A stretch of 64,000 nt of DNA from Patellaria atrata CBS 101060. Its lineage: Eukaryota. The stretch covers positions 2,591,561 to 2,655,560 of the forward strand of contig MU006089.1 in NCBI GenBank assembly GCA_010093705.1. The letters run 5' to 3'. Positions within the stretch are counted from its first letter, which is position 1. The number at the start of each line of letters is the position of its first letter. The translations under genes were made by a program, and so were the position numbers. Of this stretch, positions 23,964 to 36,445 are shown piece after piece. Below the pieces are notes generated by a model. That model did no database searches. It was not told where the DNA came from and saw only the letters and a list, made by a program, of their open reading frames with translations.

Positions 23964-25667
23964 ATGCAGGAGAAGTATGTTCCACCAAGGCCACATATGC
24001 TGGAGGCGCTGTGCGCTTTCACCATAGTACCGGTTGCGAAGATGAATCCTAGCTGACGGTATGGATTCAGATATATAGGCTTATCACTGGCGATATCCTC
24101 ATCGTTGGCTATTGGTGAGTTTTTTCGCTCAGCTACAGTTCACAACGCTCCATATACTAATATAGGATGAAAGGTTCAAGTTTCGTGATCACCAAAAAGG
24201 TGCGCAGCTCTTTAAGACTTGGTCGAAAATTTCACCCGCTGGATGTTCCCAATAACTGATAAATGCTTCATATAGGGTCTTTCCGAGGCACGCGATCGAC
24301 ATGGCTTTGAGGTGGATGGATATTCATATTTCAAACAACCGCTGTGGTGGGCGGGCATGGTGATAAGTATGGGCCCTAGAGATCAAAGGAAATCTCCAAA
24401 TCTGATTCAATGTAGTGGTTATCGGAGAACTAGCCAATTTTGCCGCATACGCCTTCGCACCAGCAATTTTAGTAACACCCCTGGGTGCTTTGTCTGTGCT
24501 GATAGGGTACGTAAAATCGAGGCAGATATTATATGTATACATCTGTTAACAACCTCAAAGAGCTGTCTTGGGTACCCATTTTCTTAATGAAAGATTAGGG
24601 ACTTTGGGAAAAATTGGATGTGCGACGTGCTTGATAGGTTCTATCATTATCGTCCTACATGCCCCACCGGACAAAGATGTTACTGATATGGCGGAAATGT
24701 TACACTACGCGCTTCAACCAGGTACAGATCTAAACCTTCCCTGTAGAATAAAAGGATATTGACATTCACAGCCTTCCTCATCTTTTCCGGTACCATCTGT
24801 GTCTTCTCCGTCGTCATGATCTACAAAGTCGCACCCATCTATGGCCGCCGTAACCCCCTCATCTATCTCTCTATTTGTTCTACCGTCGGCTCTATCTCCA
24901 TCATGGCCATCAAAGCGCTCGGTATCGCCCTCAAACTAACTTTCCAGGGCAACAACCAGCTCCTTAACCCCTCGACATACGTCTTCGCCATCGTGGTTGT
25001 AGTCTGCATTCTTGTGCAAATGAACTACTTCAACAAGGCACTGGCTCAGTTCTCCACCAACATCGTCAACCCTCTATATTACGTCACCTTCACCACCTCC
25101 ACCCTCACCGCCTCCTTTATCCTCTTTCGTGGATTCAACACCTCAGACCCAGTCAATACCATCTCCCTCCTCTGCGGCTTCCTCATTATTTTCTCCGGCG
25201 TCTACTTGCTCAATCTCTCCCGGGAGGATCCAGAGGGTGCGACCATGCTCGGCCGTATCAACGACGCCGGTGGTTTCGACGCCGTCCCCACAGACGCCGT
25301 TGGCGCATTCCAGACTCGCAGGTCCATGCAATCCCGCCGCTCCGACGTCTCCCTGGAAGGATATCCGCTCGGACCGCATTCACGCCATTCTAGCGGTGCG
25401 TTTGGTCGCTCCAGTTTGGGCGATAGAGAAGGTCTGATGCGGGGGTTCGACGAACAGCAAGCACGAGCGAGCGAGAGCCCCGCCAAGAAACAGAGGGATA
25501 GGGATGTCGTATTTGAGAGGGGACTCAAGGAGTTGGCGGAAGATAGCGAAGAGGAGGTCACGTCCGGTGGGAGCGGGAAGAGAACGAGCTTTGACGAGGA
25601 GCGGGGGATCGGAAAGAACGCAAGAGAAAAGGGGGGGAAGACGGGCAAGACTGGGAAGGGAAGATGA
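23964..25667 (+). CDS. NIPA-family (DUF803) magnesium transporter
   Basis: Spliced [28 protein letters not shown]...PLWWAGM...[32 protein letters not shown]...VLHAP...QMNYFNKAL...[11 protein letters not shown]. Six short GT-AG introns. Confidence 0.93.
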
Positions 25668-26164
25668 CATCCAGGAGTTCCCGGAAAGGGGCTGTTTATA
25701 TGATGGGATGACTTTTGTATATTTCGGGTGTGGGAATGTGGATATGGGTCGCATTTTTGGCATTGGTGTTTTGGTCGTTTTATCGAGGTCTTCATGGTCG
25801 GGTATGGGATACAGCCATGATGGATACGCCGGGTGTATTTGCGAAATATGTGGTACTGTACGTTTTTTCACGGAAGGACGATAAAGCGGTATGGTATTCA
25901 TTGGGTAGGAGTAGGGCGTTCTTGGACCCTGAGGTGAACTGATGTCATCCCGTACTGCACCAGGGCGGAGAAAGCAACTAAGAATTACCATGTCTATCTT
26001 ATCTTTCTCTCTCATCAAATTCGGTGTTTCTCGGTTGACGTACTATGACCAGTACACTTATCGGATACTACCAACTCTTATCAGTTACCGCACACAAACC
26101 CAGTCTCCAATCCACCCATCCACCACGATGAACTGGAAGTTGACCCCCGCCCAACCTTCGTTCC

Positions 26165-28085
26165 CTAACAAATCTTAATCCCACAACACTCAACACTGGC
26201 CCCCTGAACGTCAGCCTCACGTCCAAAAAACAACTTCGTCAAGTCCTTCGCAAAGACCTTGTCAGCTTCACTCCACGCATCGAGACCCATCTGCACGACA
26301 TTCTCGCCCCTTAACACGACCGGCGCATCGTCGGCTCCATCTGCTTCCGCTTCATCCTCGTCGTCGCCCTCGATTGCACCCGTTAACGCTTCGAGCGTCA
26401 AGGCGGTCAAGCGGTGGAAATACACGATCAGCGCCGCGTGGACCCTTGTGGCTTTTCCGTCTTCTTCCTCGTTCCCGTCGTTCGAAGATTTACGCCCGGA
26501 TGCGAATTCAGAGAGATCGCCTAAGAGAGTTCGGTCTTGTTCCGCTTCATCGTCGAGCGCAGCGTCCCGCTCGCCCGCGGAAGCCCACCACATGAAGCCG
26601 TTGTACGCGAGCGCGGACCAGGAAATGGGTTCCATGACCTCGTCGTATCTGGTCGTGTCTTCGTCGTCGTCATCGGCGTCGTGGGATTTTTTAGATCGGT
26701 GGGAGAGGAGAGATGATTGTTCGTCGTCATCACCGGCAGCTGTGGGATCCGATGGGGCGTCACGGTATCGGGATGGTCTTGCGAGATTCCGCAGCGCGCG
26801 AGCGAGGGTGCGGTAGCGGCGGAGGTCGCGCTGCGTGGCCTTTACGTGCGCGTTGGAGGGTGTTTGGAGGGTAGGCCATTTTTTGTTCTCGGGGGCGTGG
26901 ACGAGGATGTCGTAGAGGTTTGTTTTCAGGGCTAGAACCTCGTCTGTCGAGCAGGCGATCCAGCCTTTGTTGTCGCTCTTAGCGGAGGGGTAGTCGGCGA
27001 TGGTGGCTTCGCGTTCTAGGAGAGGGATGTCGTGCACGCCGATGCTGAAGAAGGGGCGGATGCGGTGGAGTGCCTCGTTGGTGGAGGTAGGGAGGGGTTC
27101 GGCGACGGAAGAGGGGATGGTGGAGATGAGGGAGAGGTTGTAGACGAAATCGCACATGAGCTTCACCGGGGGTGACGCGATGAAGAGGATGCGTTTCCTT
27201 AGAAGCGCTGCTCGGTATAGTGGGAATATCAAAGGTCCGAATGTCTCCAGAAACTTCAGTATAGACAGGGCAGGATGTAAAGGGGTTAAGGTATGGCTTT
27301 GGGGTAATGTTGTGGACATGGATAAGTCACTGTTCCTTCCATACTGACCCGGTCGATTATTGGATGAGGGAGCGGGAGTACTTGGAGATTTTGAGCCGTC
27401 CGTATCGTTACTTGATAGTTTGTGCTCATTCCAGTAGTCTTCTAGAGGTTCGATGTTTGAAGTGTCTATCGCTAGAGCGCTATTTATCTAGGTTAGCAAC
27501 GCTAAGTCCAAAAGGAAAAGGTGCACATACTGCGCCATATCCCGGAGACTTTGGGCGTGAAGCCAGCTTCTACCCATTCTACCATAGCTGAGAGGTACGA
27601 GTACTCCCACAGCTACCAAGTGTGCGTTTCTATATTCCTCTCCCGCGGGGCGGTTCGCGAAGGCGCTAATACCGGCGTATCCATCCTGTACAAAATATCT
27701 TTACGACACCTAATTAGCCATCGAATAAGGAGAGAGATAGTAGTGAAATCTCACACTAAATCTTCCTTCACGTTGTGCAATCCCGAGGGTAAGCTCTTGA
27801 ATTCAACAACATTATCCACCTCGACTAATTCCTGATAAGCATCTTACTGGTGTCAAGGACTGCAAGGATAGGTATGTAGGTACCTTCTGGGAGAGAGCGC
27901 TTCCAGTTTATTGTGTAGCTGCATTCATCTGTTAGCTTTGCTCTGTAGCTGTCGTCATTGCAACTGGACACACACCCTACCTTGACGTCAAACTTAATCA
28001 AGAAGGCTGCGACAAGCGTTGGAAGTTCGCTGGTGCTCGTAGAGGCTTCATCCTCCGAGTATCTCTCATGGTCAAAATTGTCCAT
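26165..28085 (-). CDS. DENND11/LCHN-like (DUF2347 + DUF4484) uDENN-family protein
   Basis: AFLIKFDVKVG|YTINW, VEFKSLPSGLHNVKEDLV, HPALSILKFLETFGPLIFPLYRAALLRKRILF, PFFSIGVHDIP, GWIACSTD, ISWSALAYNGFMWWASAGE and Cys-rich end ECCGIKIC. Multi-exon. Confidence 0.85.
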
Positions 28086-30577
28086 TTCTATGTTTCATTG
28101 CTTCAGCTTGGGTGTTGTTGAAATATGTGGAGGGTAAGCTTCGAGACCTTGATGTCAGGACGGGAAGGAAGTGATGTGCCAAGGTTGATGTGACTTCCGC
28201 TCCGCTCGGGAAGATCATCATCTTGTCTTTGTTCATCCTGAACTTTTCTCTCCCTAATAATCATCTCACAACCAAAGTTTTCCATTATTGCACCTTCGAA
28301 TTCTTGCAGAAGCCCGTTCGTTCGTTCATCAACAATATAACCAGTCACATTGTTTCTCTATCAAAGTCATCTCCTCAGATACAACTTCCTTTTGACGTGC
28401 CCTTCCAATCCTCAGCGAACGGAATGCCTTAAGAGGCTACTAAATCCGTTGTCTCCTTAGGGATTCGGGCCATGCGGCCCGCTTATAGACAACGCCAAAC
28501 CGAAGCCCATCCTGTATGCAAGTCTGAAGGCTGCGGGTTGCGGCTTCATTTGGATCAGTTGTTCTCATGATCATTCGATCAAATATCCACGTCGGGGAAG
28601 AGTTCAGTGGCGGCTGACGACTGGTAACAGACAGCCAACCACCTCGGAGGCTCGACGCGAACCGTCGTCCCGGTTATCCATCCCACATCTAATTGACCAT
28701 ACTGAATAACCTGCCCTTTGCTTTGCATAGAGGCTGATTACCGTTTTTACGGTGATAGGTCACATAATGACACGTATGTGTACGCTCTTTTACGTTTGCT
28801 TTTCCAGTTGCTTCCCATCGGAAATTCCAGCTTGAAGTAGGCGAAGCAGAAGTGTACAAAACCGCGCCGCAAACCACGCCGCAGGGGAAAACTACGCCCG
28901 CAGGAGCGATCATCGGACTGAATATGCATCCAAACGCAAGTCCATTCCATAGGCTCCTTTGCATGCAAGTCCTCAAAGGTGATCACGAATCTGGAATACT
29001 TCAGTGATGCATCATTAGACATTCCGTCCGTCCGTTCTCAGACTCGATGCTCACAGGCGTTATCAACAATCCACCTTCAATGGCGATTCGTCCAAAGAAA
29101 CTTTAATTTTACAGTATCTCTCCATGCTGGTATGCCTCACGATCTACGGTACATTTGACGTTGATCTGTACCGTAAACCTAGTGGAAACCCCGCGCAGCG
29201 AGACAATCGAAATAATAAGAGGTAGTATTATATTGCGTGTCGATCATTTACCTTCCCATGGCCCACGCACCTTATTGTGTGAAATGTTACAGTCTAAACC
29301 GACGACCTCGAGGAACGTTGTCGCCTTCTTGGCCTTGTCTGTGGAGACGCGATAGGATTCTGTTATCATTGCTGATCCTCAAGGCAAACGCTTGACGCGC
29401 GCTTGCTGAACAGCAAAGACCGTGTCGATATGATGATCTACTGTATTGACAGTACAGTATCAACATCTTGTGTCGACGTTAATTAGGAGAAAGATTTCAA
29501 AAGGCAAGATTCTGTACGAGTATCTACTAACTGGCTCGAGAGCTTCCTTGTGGCGATAGGTTACCTATTTGCTGGTTTCGACTAGCAGTCATGACAACTG
29601 GCCCGGCAATTGATATCAGAAAGTTATCAATATCAATCTGTCGACTGATAAGTTTTCCTAACGTAATCTACTCTATACTTTAAACTGGGTGGTTTTTGTA
29701 GTTTCAATAGCAGCTCTATTACTATGTTCAATCATCTCTGCATCAACTTTCACCTTTAGTGTTCCTATTTGCTTCTAGCTCGTTCGACTCGATATTAGGT
29801 CTCCCGCTTTATTTTTTTCCAATGTCAAGAGTGAACCCTCAACCCTGAACAGAAGCCGGTCCATTTCCCAATTCCACTACCGTGCCGTTCGATTGCGTTT
29901 AAAGTTCGTAGCTCGACACTTCCGATAGTTCAGATGCATGCTCCCTGTTCATCTTTGTAACATCATATGGTATTATTGGTTGTAATGCATATACTACGGA
30001 TTTAATTGCAAAAGTCCACATACTGTATCTGCTCACGCCGTAAACATGCATTGATGCTATTCTCAATTTTCTTTTCAATAGTTCAAGATGTTGCATATAT
30101 TATAAGGCTGAAGAGGAAACGAATTAATGGCTAAAACGACCTACTATTTTCGAGGTTAATGATCTAATTCTGCCGTCCGCACAATGCCACAACCTGTTTT
30201 AAGCCGCCTTACGAAATTGCCGCTAAATCCGAGGTGTCGCAATTGGTAAACAACCGTCAAACCGAGATGAGCATAGGACTAGCGTTCAACTATTCACAAC
30301 TGCAAGTCAAGTTCGGCATCGGCGACGATGAATTTATTCCCACGATCCTTACTCATGGGACACGTCAAGAGTCCGTCGGGTCCCGCTACCCAGGTCCAGA
30401 TCATTGGGTAAATTGAATTTTCTTAGTGAAGCACGAGTGATGCACGTGAAACATCCCTGAAGGTGCAGAAGCGAGCTGATGCATTTTAAGAATCTCGACC
30501 TTGTATAAATGCTCCCTCGTGGAAGCTAATAAACTTCTTGCCCCCCTGCGGCACGATCCATTGTCTGAGGGTGGAAA

Positions 30578-32735
30578 ATGTCTATCCTAAATTTTCCCAG
30601 CAAAGCCCAAGTACTGTTGGTGCTTGCAATCATCCTCAGCAATGCCGTCGCGTTCGTCATTCCCCGCCATGCAACCGTCGCCACGAGACAAACTGTATCG
30701 AACAGTACATATGACTTCATAATTGTTGGTGCCGGAGTTGCCGGACTTACGGTTGCTGATCGATTGACAGAGGACCCGAGCAGTAAGCCCTTTCGACAAG
30801 ACTTCTTATTTATACAGAATGTGCTGATAATGTGTGTAGTTTCTGTCCTAGTTATTGAAGCAGGCCCTTTTGATAGTGGTGAAGATAGTGTTCTCATCCC
30901 TGGATCGTGGAATCCGGGTCCTTACCTCTGGCCAGGACTCTCAGGAACTCCGCAGCAATTCCTCAATAACAGGATTATCAGCGCACCATGTGGTCGAGTT
31001 GTCGGGGGCGGTTCCGCCGTCAATGCTATGTTCTTGTTGAGAGGGTCGACCGAGGACTATGATGGATGGGTAGAACTGGGAGCTCAAGGTTGGGGTTGGA
31101 ATGATCTCTTACCTTATTTCAAGAAGGTAAGCAAGTTTACTAATGGTCCATATATTGGTTTCTGATCAATCATAGAGCGAAACTTTCACCCCACCGGATC
31201 AAACCTTTGCTGACGCTCATAATATCTCTTGGGATAACTCTGTGCATGGATTCAATGGTCCAGTTCAAGCTAACTATCCTCCGTATGACTTTGCTCCAAC
31301 CGGTATGTACATATATCACTGAAACGGGGAGTTTAAAGGAGCTGATAAGTTTCACAGGCAATTGGTGGAGCGCAGCTCTTTCTACAGGTATTAGACCAAT
31401 TAAGGATCCTAATGACGGCGAGTCTGCTGGGGTGTACTGGTCGCCGCGTCTCATGGATAGTACTATGAAGAGGAATTATGCTCGCATTAACCACTATGAG
31501 CGGGTTAAAACCTCAAGACCTAATTACGAAATACTCGCAGAGCATATTGTGGGCAAGGTTCTATTTCATGGGACGCGGGCCATGGGCGTAGAATATTTAG
31601 CCACAGAAGGCGGTCCAGTCTTAGTCGCACATGCGAGTAAAGAGGTCCTGATGGCAGCTGGAGGAGCGCATACTCCACAAATTTTGCAACTTTCAGGAAT
31701 TGGGCCTCAGGATCTCCTCGACGAGTTCGATATCGAGGTGGTTTCGGATCTTCCCGGCGTCGGTTCTAATTTCCAGGATCAGTCTGCGATGTATGTCCCA
31801 AATAGCTGTAAGTTACACTCCTATTAATAAGGTAATGGGAAAGCCATTGACTATTTTTAAGTTACGTCGAATCTTGCACCGAATTCAGGAGAGTTGGATA
31901 CAAATCCTATGTATGATGCACAACAAAGGGCTCTCTACGATTCTTCACGCCAAGGAGCATACACGATTGTTCGTGGGACTGGTAACGCCATTGCATCAAT
32001 TCCGCTTCGAAATGCCTCATCATCTTATCAAGACATCGTTAGTGCCGCGGAAGATCTGGATGCGGAAACTTTGCTTCCATCAGGCACGGATTCAACAGTA
32101 GTTGCAGGATATGAAGCACAGCGCGAGATTCTGCTTCGCCAACTTTCTGGTTACAAGACACCTATGGGTATGATCCACTGGAGCACTGGACCAATAACGT
32201 TCCTTTATATGTTGAAACCACTCAGTCGGGGTACAGTGAAGATCAGCTCGGCAGATCCTCTAGAAAACCCCCGTATCGATTGGAGAACGGCGGCTGATCC
32301 AACGGATATGGAGCTCTCTCTTGCCTTATTCAGGAAGCACAGAGAGGTCATGGCTGCTCCCGATATGGATGCCTTGGGTCCTGAAGAACAGGCTCCCTTT
32401 GGTGCGCATCTGCAAACTGACGAAGAGTTGAAAGAAATGTTCAGGGATTCGATCAATCCGTCCAACGCACACGAATGCTGCACGGCTCCTATGATGCCAA
32501 AGAATATGGGTGGCGTGGTAAATAACGAAAACAAAGTTTACGGTGTACAAGGTCTAAGGGTTATCGATGCGAGCTTTTGGCCAACCGTTGTTACTGGTGC
32601 CCCGTCGGCGACAGTATATGGGGGCGGTGAGAAGGTGAGTGGTCTCGGACAAGATTCTTATGACAATGTATTATGAACATGCTGACAATGAAGTAGATCG
32701 CGGACATGATCAAACAGGAGTATGGGATAAGCTAG
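30578..32735 (+). CDS. Secreted GMC oxidoreductase (CAZy AA3-like)
   Basis: Signal peptide; YDFIIVGAGVAGLTVADRLTE; GRVVGGGSAVNAM; GWGWNDLLPYFKK; AGGAHTPQILQLSGIG; DLPGVGSNFQDQ; KPLSRGTV; VYGVQGLRVIDAS. Five introns; TATAAA at 30504. Confidence 0.95.
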
Positions 32736-34276
32736 GCTGTTAATTTTCTTTCAAGGAGTTTCGGAAGTGTGAAGGCTAGGCATCGACGAGTCTCTTTATG
32801 ATACCCAACAACAGCGTGAGCGCTGTGTCATTTATGTCATTATGTTAATCCATTGGATAATGTTTAAAAAATATCTAGTTATTCGGCTTAAGCTTCTGGA
32901 TTGATGCGACTTGAAAGCAACCTAAGCGCCTTGATTACTGCCCACCTGCCGATGGGAGAACGATGTGACGGAAACCCTGGACGCGGATTCTATGTCATAC
33001 ATGGAAGTCGACGGAAAGCTTCTAGAAGATTGCCTACTTCTTGCCTACTCCCTCCACGAGTCAGTCATAGTTTGTGATATCACAAAAGCTAACTTTTACA
33101 AGTATGAGATCTGAGCACAGGGTGGTAGTGGCGCGTGCCCATGGATCAGCCACATTACTTACCCCAAAAGGTAGTGTCCTGTACAGTATAAACTGATGAT
33201 GATACCGATGGTGATACTGATGAAGTGATGATACAGAAAATGTCGTTGGTCAAAGCGAGGCGCAGGCAGACAAGCTCAATGTCAAGACTTACCCGCGAGA
33301 ATTGGCGAAAGTGGGTAACCTCGATGATCTTGATGATCGTCTTTTGGTCTTTTGGGGGCCACCACCCCCCCAGATGCGAAGGAAGTGGTCGGAGGGGAGA
33401 TGCGTTGCGCACAGCCCTGGTCGTCGCTCTTTTTGATCAACTGAAGACGAGTACAGGTACAAACAAAACGCAGAGCTTAATGGTAACTGTACAGGACAAG
33501 CAAATCTAACTCACTTGCCGCCGATAGCACACGCTTGTAACACTGTGGACGTTGCAGCTGTCAGCCAGTTGCAATATTATTGAACATTTACTGGCGGCAT
33601 GTTGGCGGGGAACATCACATTTTTCCGCTGCCCTCCTCGATTCCCAACAAACTCAAACGCCTTTCATCGTCATCAGACTCATGCAACGACTCACGGACTC
33701 GATACTGGCTTGCCTTCTGCATGCGCCTATTGCGCATAATTTGATCCAAAAGGTCATCGCATCTCTTGACGCCTGTGGATTGTACAATCTGTAACGGGCA
33801 GTGCTGGCTCAGGTGTACTGTACAAGGGCCCGACAGCATAGCCTCCTCGCTGCGAACACAACATGGTCCCCGTTCGTCTTTGACCAAGAGAGACCAAGAG
33901 AGAAGCCTATAGCGAATGGACTACAGGTCGCAAGGATTAAATGCTTCGAAATTGACGTACGAGATGAAGACAGAAAGATGAGGCTCATATAAGGTATTAA
34001 TCATAAAAGCTCGCCGGATCTCGGTGCAAAACAACTTGCCTAGTCACGGATTTTCAACCCAGGGTATGCAGCATATAACAAAGGTCAAGAACCGGCCTAT
34101 TCGTCATTTTCTTCCAAAGTCTACTTATTTCCTCTGTCTATTATTTCTTATCGTCAAAGTCTATAGTATGTTTATTTCTTAGCATTGGTAACGACATACC
34201 TAACATTGCTCCGTCAGTATTGACAGCAAGGGGGAACCCATTCTTTCCGACTTCCTTTCTTATAACTTCAATAAAC

Positions 34277-36445
34277 ATGGCGGAGATTCAGAATGCCTCT
34301 ACAACTCAAGCTACCGGTACTTGGACGTTTGACAATGTACCGGACTTTCCTTCTCGATCAGAGACAATGGCTACCAGATCCTCCGTTAGCAGCGACGCTT
34401 CGGAACTCAGGACTACCTTTTTTGGTTCCTGTCCAGTCTGTCACCATCTGCATAACAAAATGAACATCACCCTCCCACGAAGACCTCAAGACTTCGAAAC
34501 AATTCGTTGCGAGAACACACAATGTAGATCAAGGCTATTTGGATTAGGAGGCAATTCATCACACTCATCCTTTGCTTCGCAAGAAACAATCATGACAGCA
34601 ACTATCACTCGGCCTAGCACTCGTTCCAGGCAACCATATGTCATATGTACCAATGATCCCTCTACTATTAGTGCATTAGCGACTTCCGTTCTTCAGACCA
34701 GTGGTCTAGACAGGATCACAGAAGATCCACGTTCACCTATTTCTCCAACATCACCGGTTTCCCCAAACGTTGTCCAACCAATACTTTCTGTCGAAGTACC
34801 ATCCCGCAGTCCGTCCAATTCTCGACGTGGGCAAGAGTCTACGGCTACTGAGGTTGCCTCCGGAGATCCCGAACATCTTTCACCAATACCCACCCCAAAC
34901 AAACCCAGGTCACTGCAATCTTCTCAACGTACTGCTACGGCCACCGACATAGAGACCAAGCAAAGTAAACGTAGATTAACAAAAATCAAGACTTTTGCAA
35001 AGGGTATCTTACGTTCTCGCTTCGGTCTTGAGGTTCATGTTCGCCGCATAAGAGGAAACATGGTCGATGACGACCAATCACCGGTCGATGTCGTCAACAT
35101 ATCCCATCTGGAACCCCAAATTGCAATCTCACCGCCGAACGTGGTGCAAGGCATGGGAAATCTACAAGAGATGTCGAACACCTTATCCTCTATGGGGCGT
35201 GAAGAGCAACCGTCTCATCCCTCCAGTACTATGATCAATGAGACTACAGAAGGCTTGAACAATTCAACCGAGACTGCCATTCATCCACCAATGCCCCCAA
35301 CCACGACAGGTACTCCGGGGCTTGACGACGTTTCGAATCCAACCCAGGAAGATGAGTTGAGAGCAGCACGTCAACAACGCACCAAAGAGTTTCGACGAGA
35401 GAGAACCGAAGTAGCAAAACGCATGTGGTCACGGTGCGAATGCAATGGAGATTGCTCACATTGTGCTCATGGGTCAGTAACATCCAGTCGTGCAACTACA
35501 CGGCGCTCATTGAGGATCTCGGAGATACCTGATCCTTTCCCGCAACTGAACCGCGATCGTGACTTCGGGGAAAGGCGTTCAGTGATAGCATCTCAGGACT
35601 GGGGTTACGATGCAGCACCTCGAAGATCTGTCGAATTAAGCGGTGTCGGCGATCACTTCGAAACTAATCGAAGCCCTCGTTCTTCTCTTTATACCAGTCG
35701 TACTAATCCCAGTTTGCGAACTTTGTTCGCACGAAATCGACAAAGTTTCGCTACATTGGCTACTCGATCTTCGACCCTGGTTGGAACCGATAATGAGAGT
35801 CTTTATGAATCTTTGAGCAGGAGAGCAACAAACACACCTCCGCCACCAGTCCCCACCCCGCCTCCAAATGCGCAAGGTCATACGTATCCGCCCTCCTATT
35901 CATCATCTCCTTCATCACCGGTAACACCATTACATCCTCTTCGAACCACAGTCGACAGCCCTAGGGATATCGACGCAGATCGGACACCTACCCAGCAAGA
36001 TGCTGCTCATGCACTTCTAGTACTCGAAGGACGGGAAGCATCTCCAGCCGACTCTATCACCCCGACGCAAGGTGCTCGCACTACAGATGTTCTAGCGCAC
36101 TTACCTACACCTGACCAAAGGACACCGACTCGACAAATAGATGTTACACACTTTGACGATGAAGCTCGTCATCCCTCTACCGTTTCCTATACTAGCTCAA
36201 CTAGTTCCCCTTTCGACGAAATTGATTTCGTTGATGGGTTCCGTCGCGGCTTTGGTTTTCATGATTTCATAGCTCTTGGACATGACGGACCGATTACTCG
36301 CCAAAGGAGCACTACGGTCATCGCGGTTGGTGATCGTGGGGGAATATCACTTCAACCTGCTCTAGTGAATGGTGACAGGCGCTTGAGCGAGGATGTTCCT
36401 CTTGACGATCCGAATTTCATCATCGCCGTTTTACCAATTAACTGA
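34277..36445 (+). CDS. Ser/Thr/Pro-rich hypothetical protein with putative Zn-binding Cys/His clusters
   Basis: Uninterrupted ORF of about 720 codons from ATG 34277, with motifs CPVCHHLH...CENTQC and CECNGDCSHC. Confidence 0.7.
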   Translation: MAEIQNASTTQATGTWTFDNVPDFPSRSETMATRSSVSSDASELRTTFFGSCPVCHHLHNKMNITLPRRPQDFETIRCENTQCRSRLFGLGGNSSHSSFASQETIMTATITRPSTRSRQPYVICTNDPSTISALATSVLQTSGLDRITEDPRSPISPTSPVSPNVVQPILSVEVPSRSPSNSRRGQESTATEVASGDPEHLSPIPTPNKPRSLQSSQRTATATDIETKQSKRRLTKIKTFAKGILRSRFGLEVHVRRIRGNMVDDDQSPVDVVNISHLEPQIAISPPNVVQGMGNLQEMSNTLSSMGREEQPSHPSSTMINETTEGLNNSTETAIHPPMPPTTTGTPGLDDVSNPTQEDELRAARQQRTKEFRRERTEVAKRMWSRCECNGDCSHCAHGSVTSSRATTRRSLRISEIPDPFPQLNRDRDFGERRSVIASQDWGYDAAPRRSVELSGVGDHFETNRSPRSSLYTSRTNPSLRTLFARNRQSFATLATRSSTLVGTDNESLYESLSRRATNTPPPPVPTPPPNAQGHTYPPSYSSSPSSPVTPLHPLRTTVDSPRDIDADRTPTQQDAAHALLVLEGREASPADSITPTQGARTTDVLAHLPTPDQRTPTRQIDVTHFDDEARHPSTVSYTSSTSSPFDEIDFVDGFRRGFGFHDFIALGHDGPITRQRSTTVIAVGDRGGISLQPALVNGDRRLSEDVPLDDPNFIIAVLPIN

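Noticed and set aside
25202..26816. Antisense ORFs overlapping the NIPA and DENND11 3' ends
   Set aside because: Low-complexity shadows of the real coding strands.
28154..28175. gtcaggacgggaaggaagtg resembling SRP RNA helix 8
   Set aside because: The stem around the GNRA-like loop does not pair, and no other SRP elements are visible.
28400..30500. Short ORFs in the 2-kb gap between the DENND11-like and GMC genes
   Set aside because: No recognisable motifs or consistent splice structure; treated as divergent promoter DNA.
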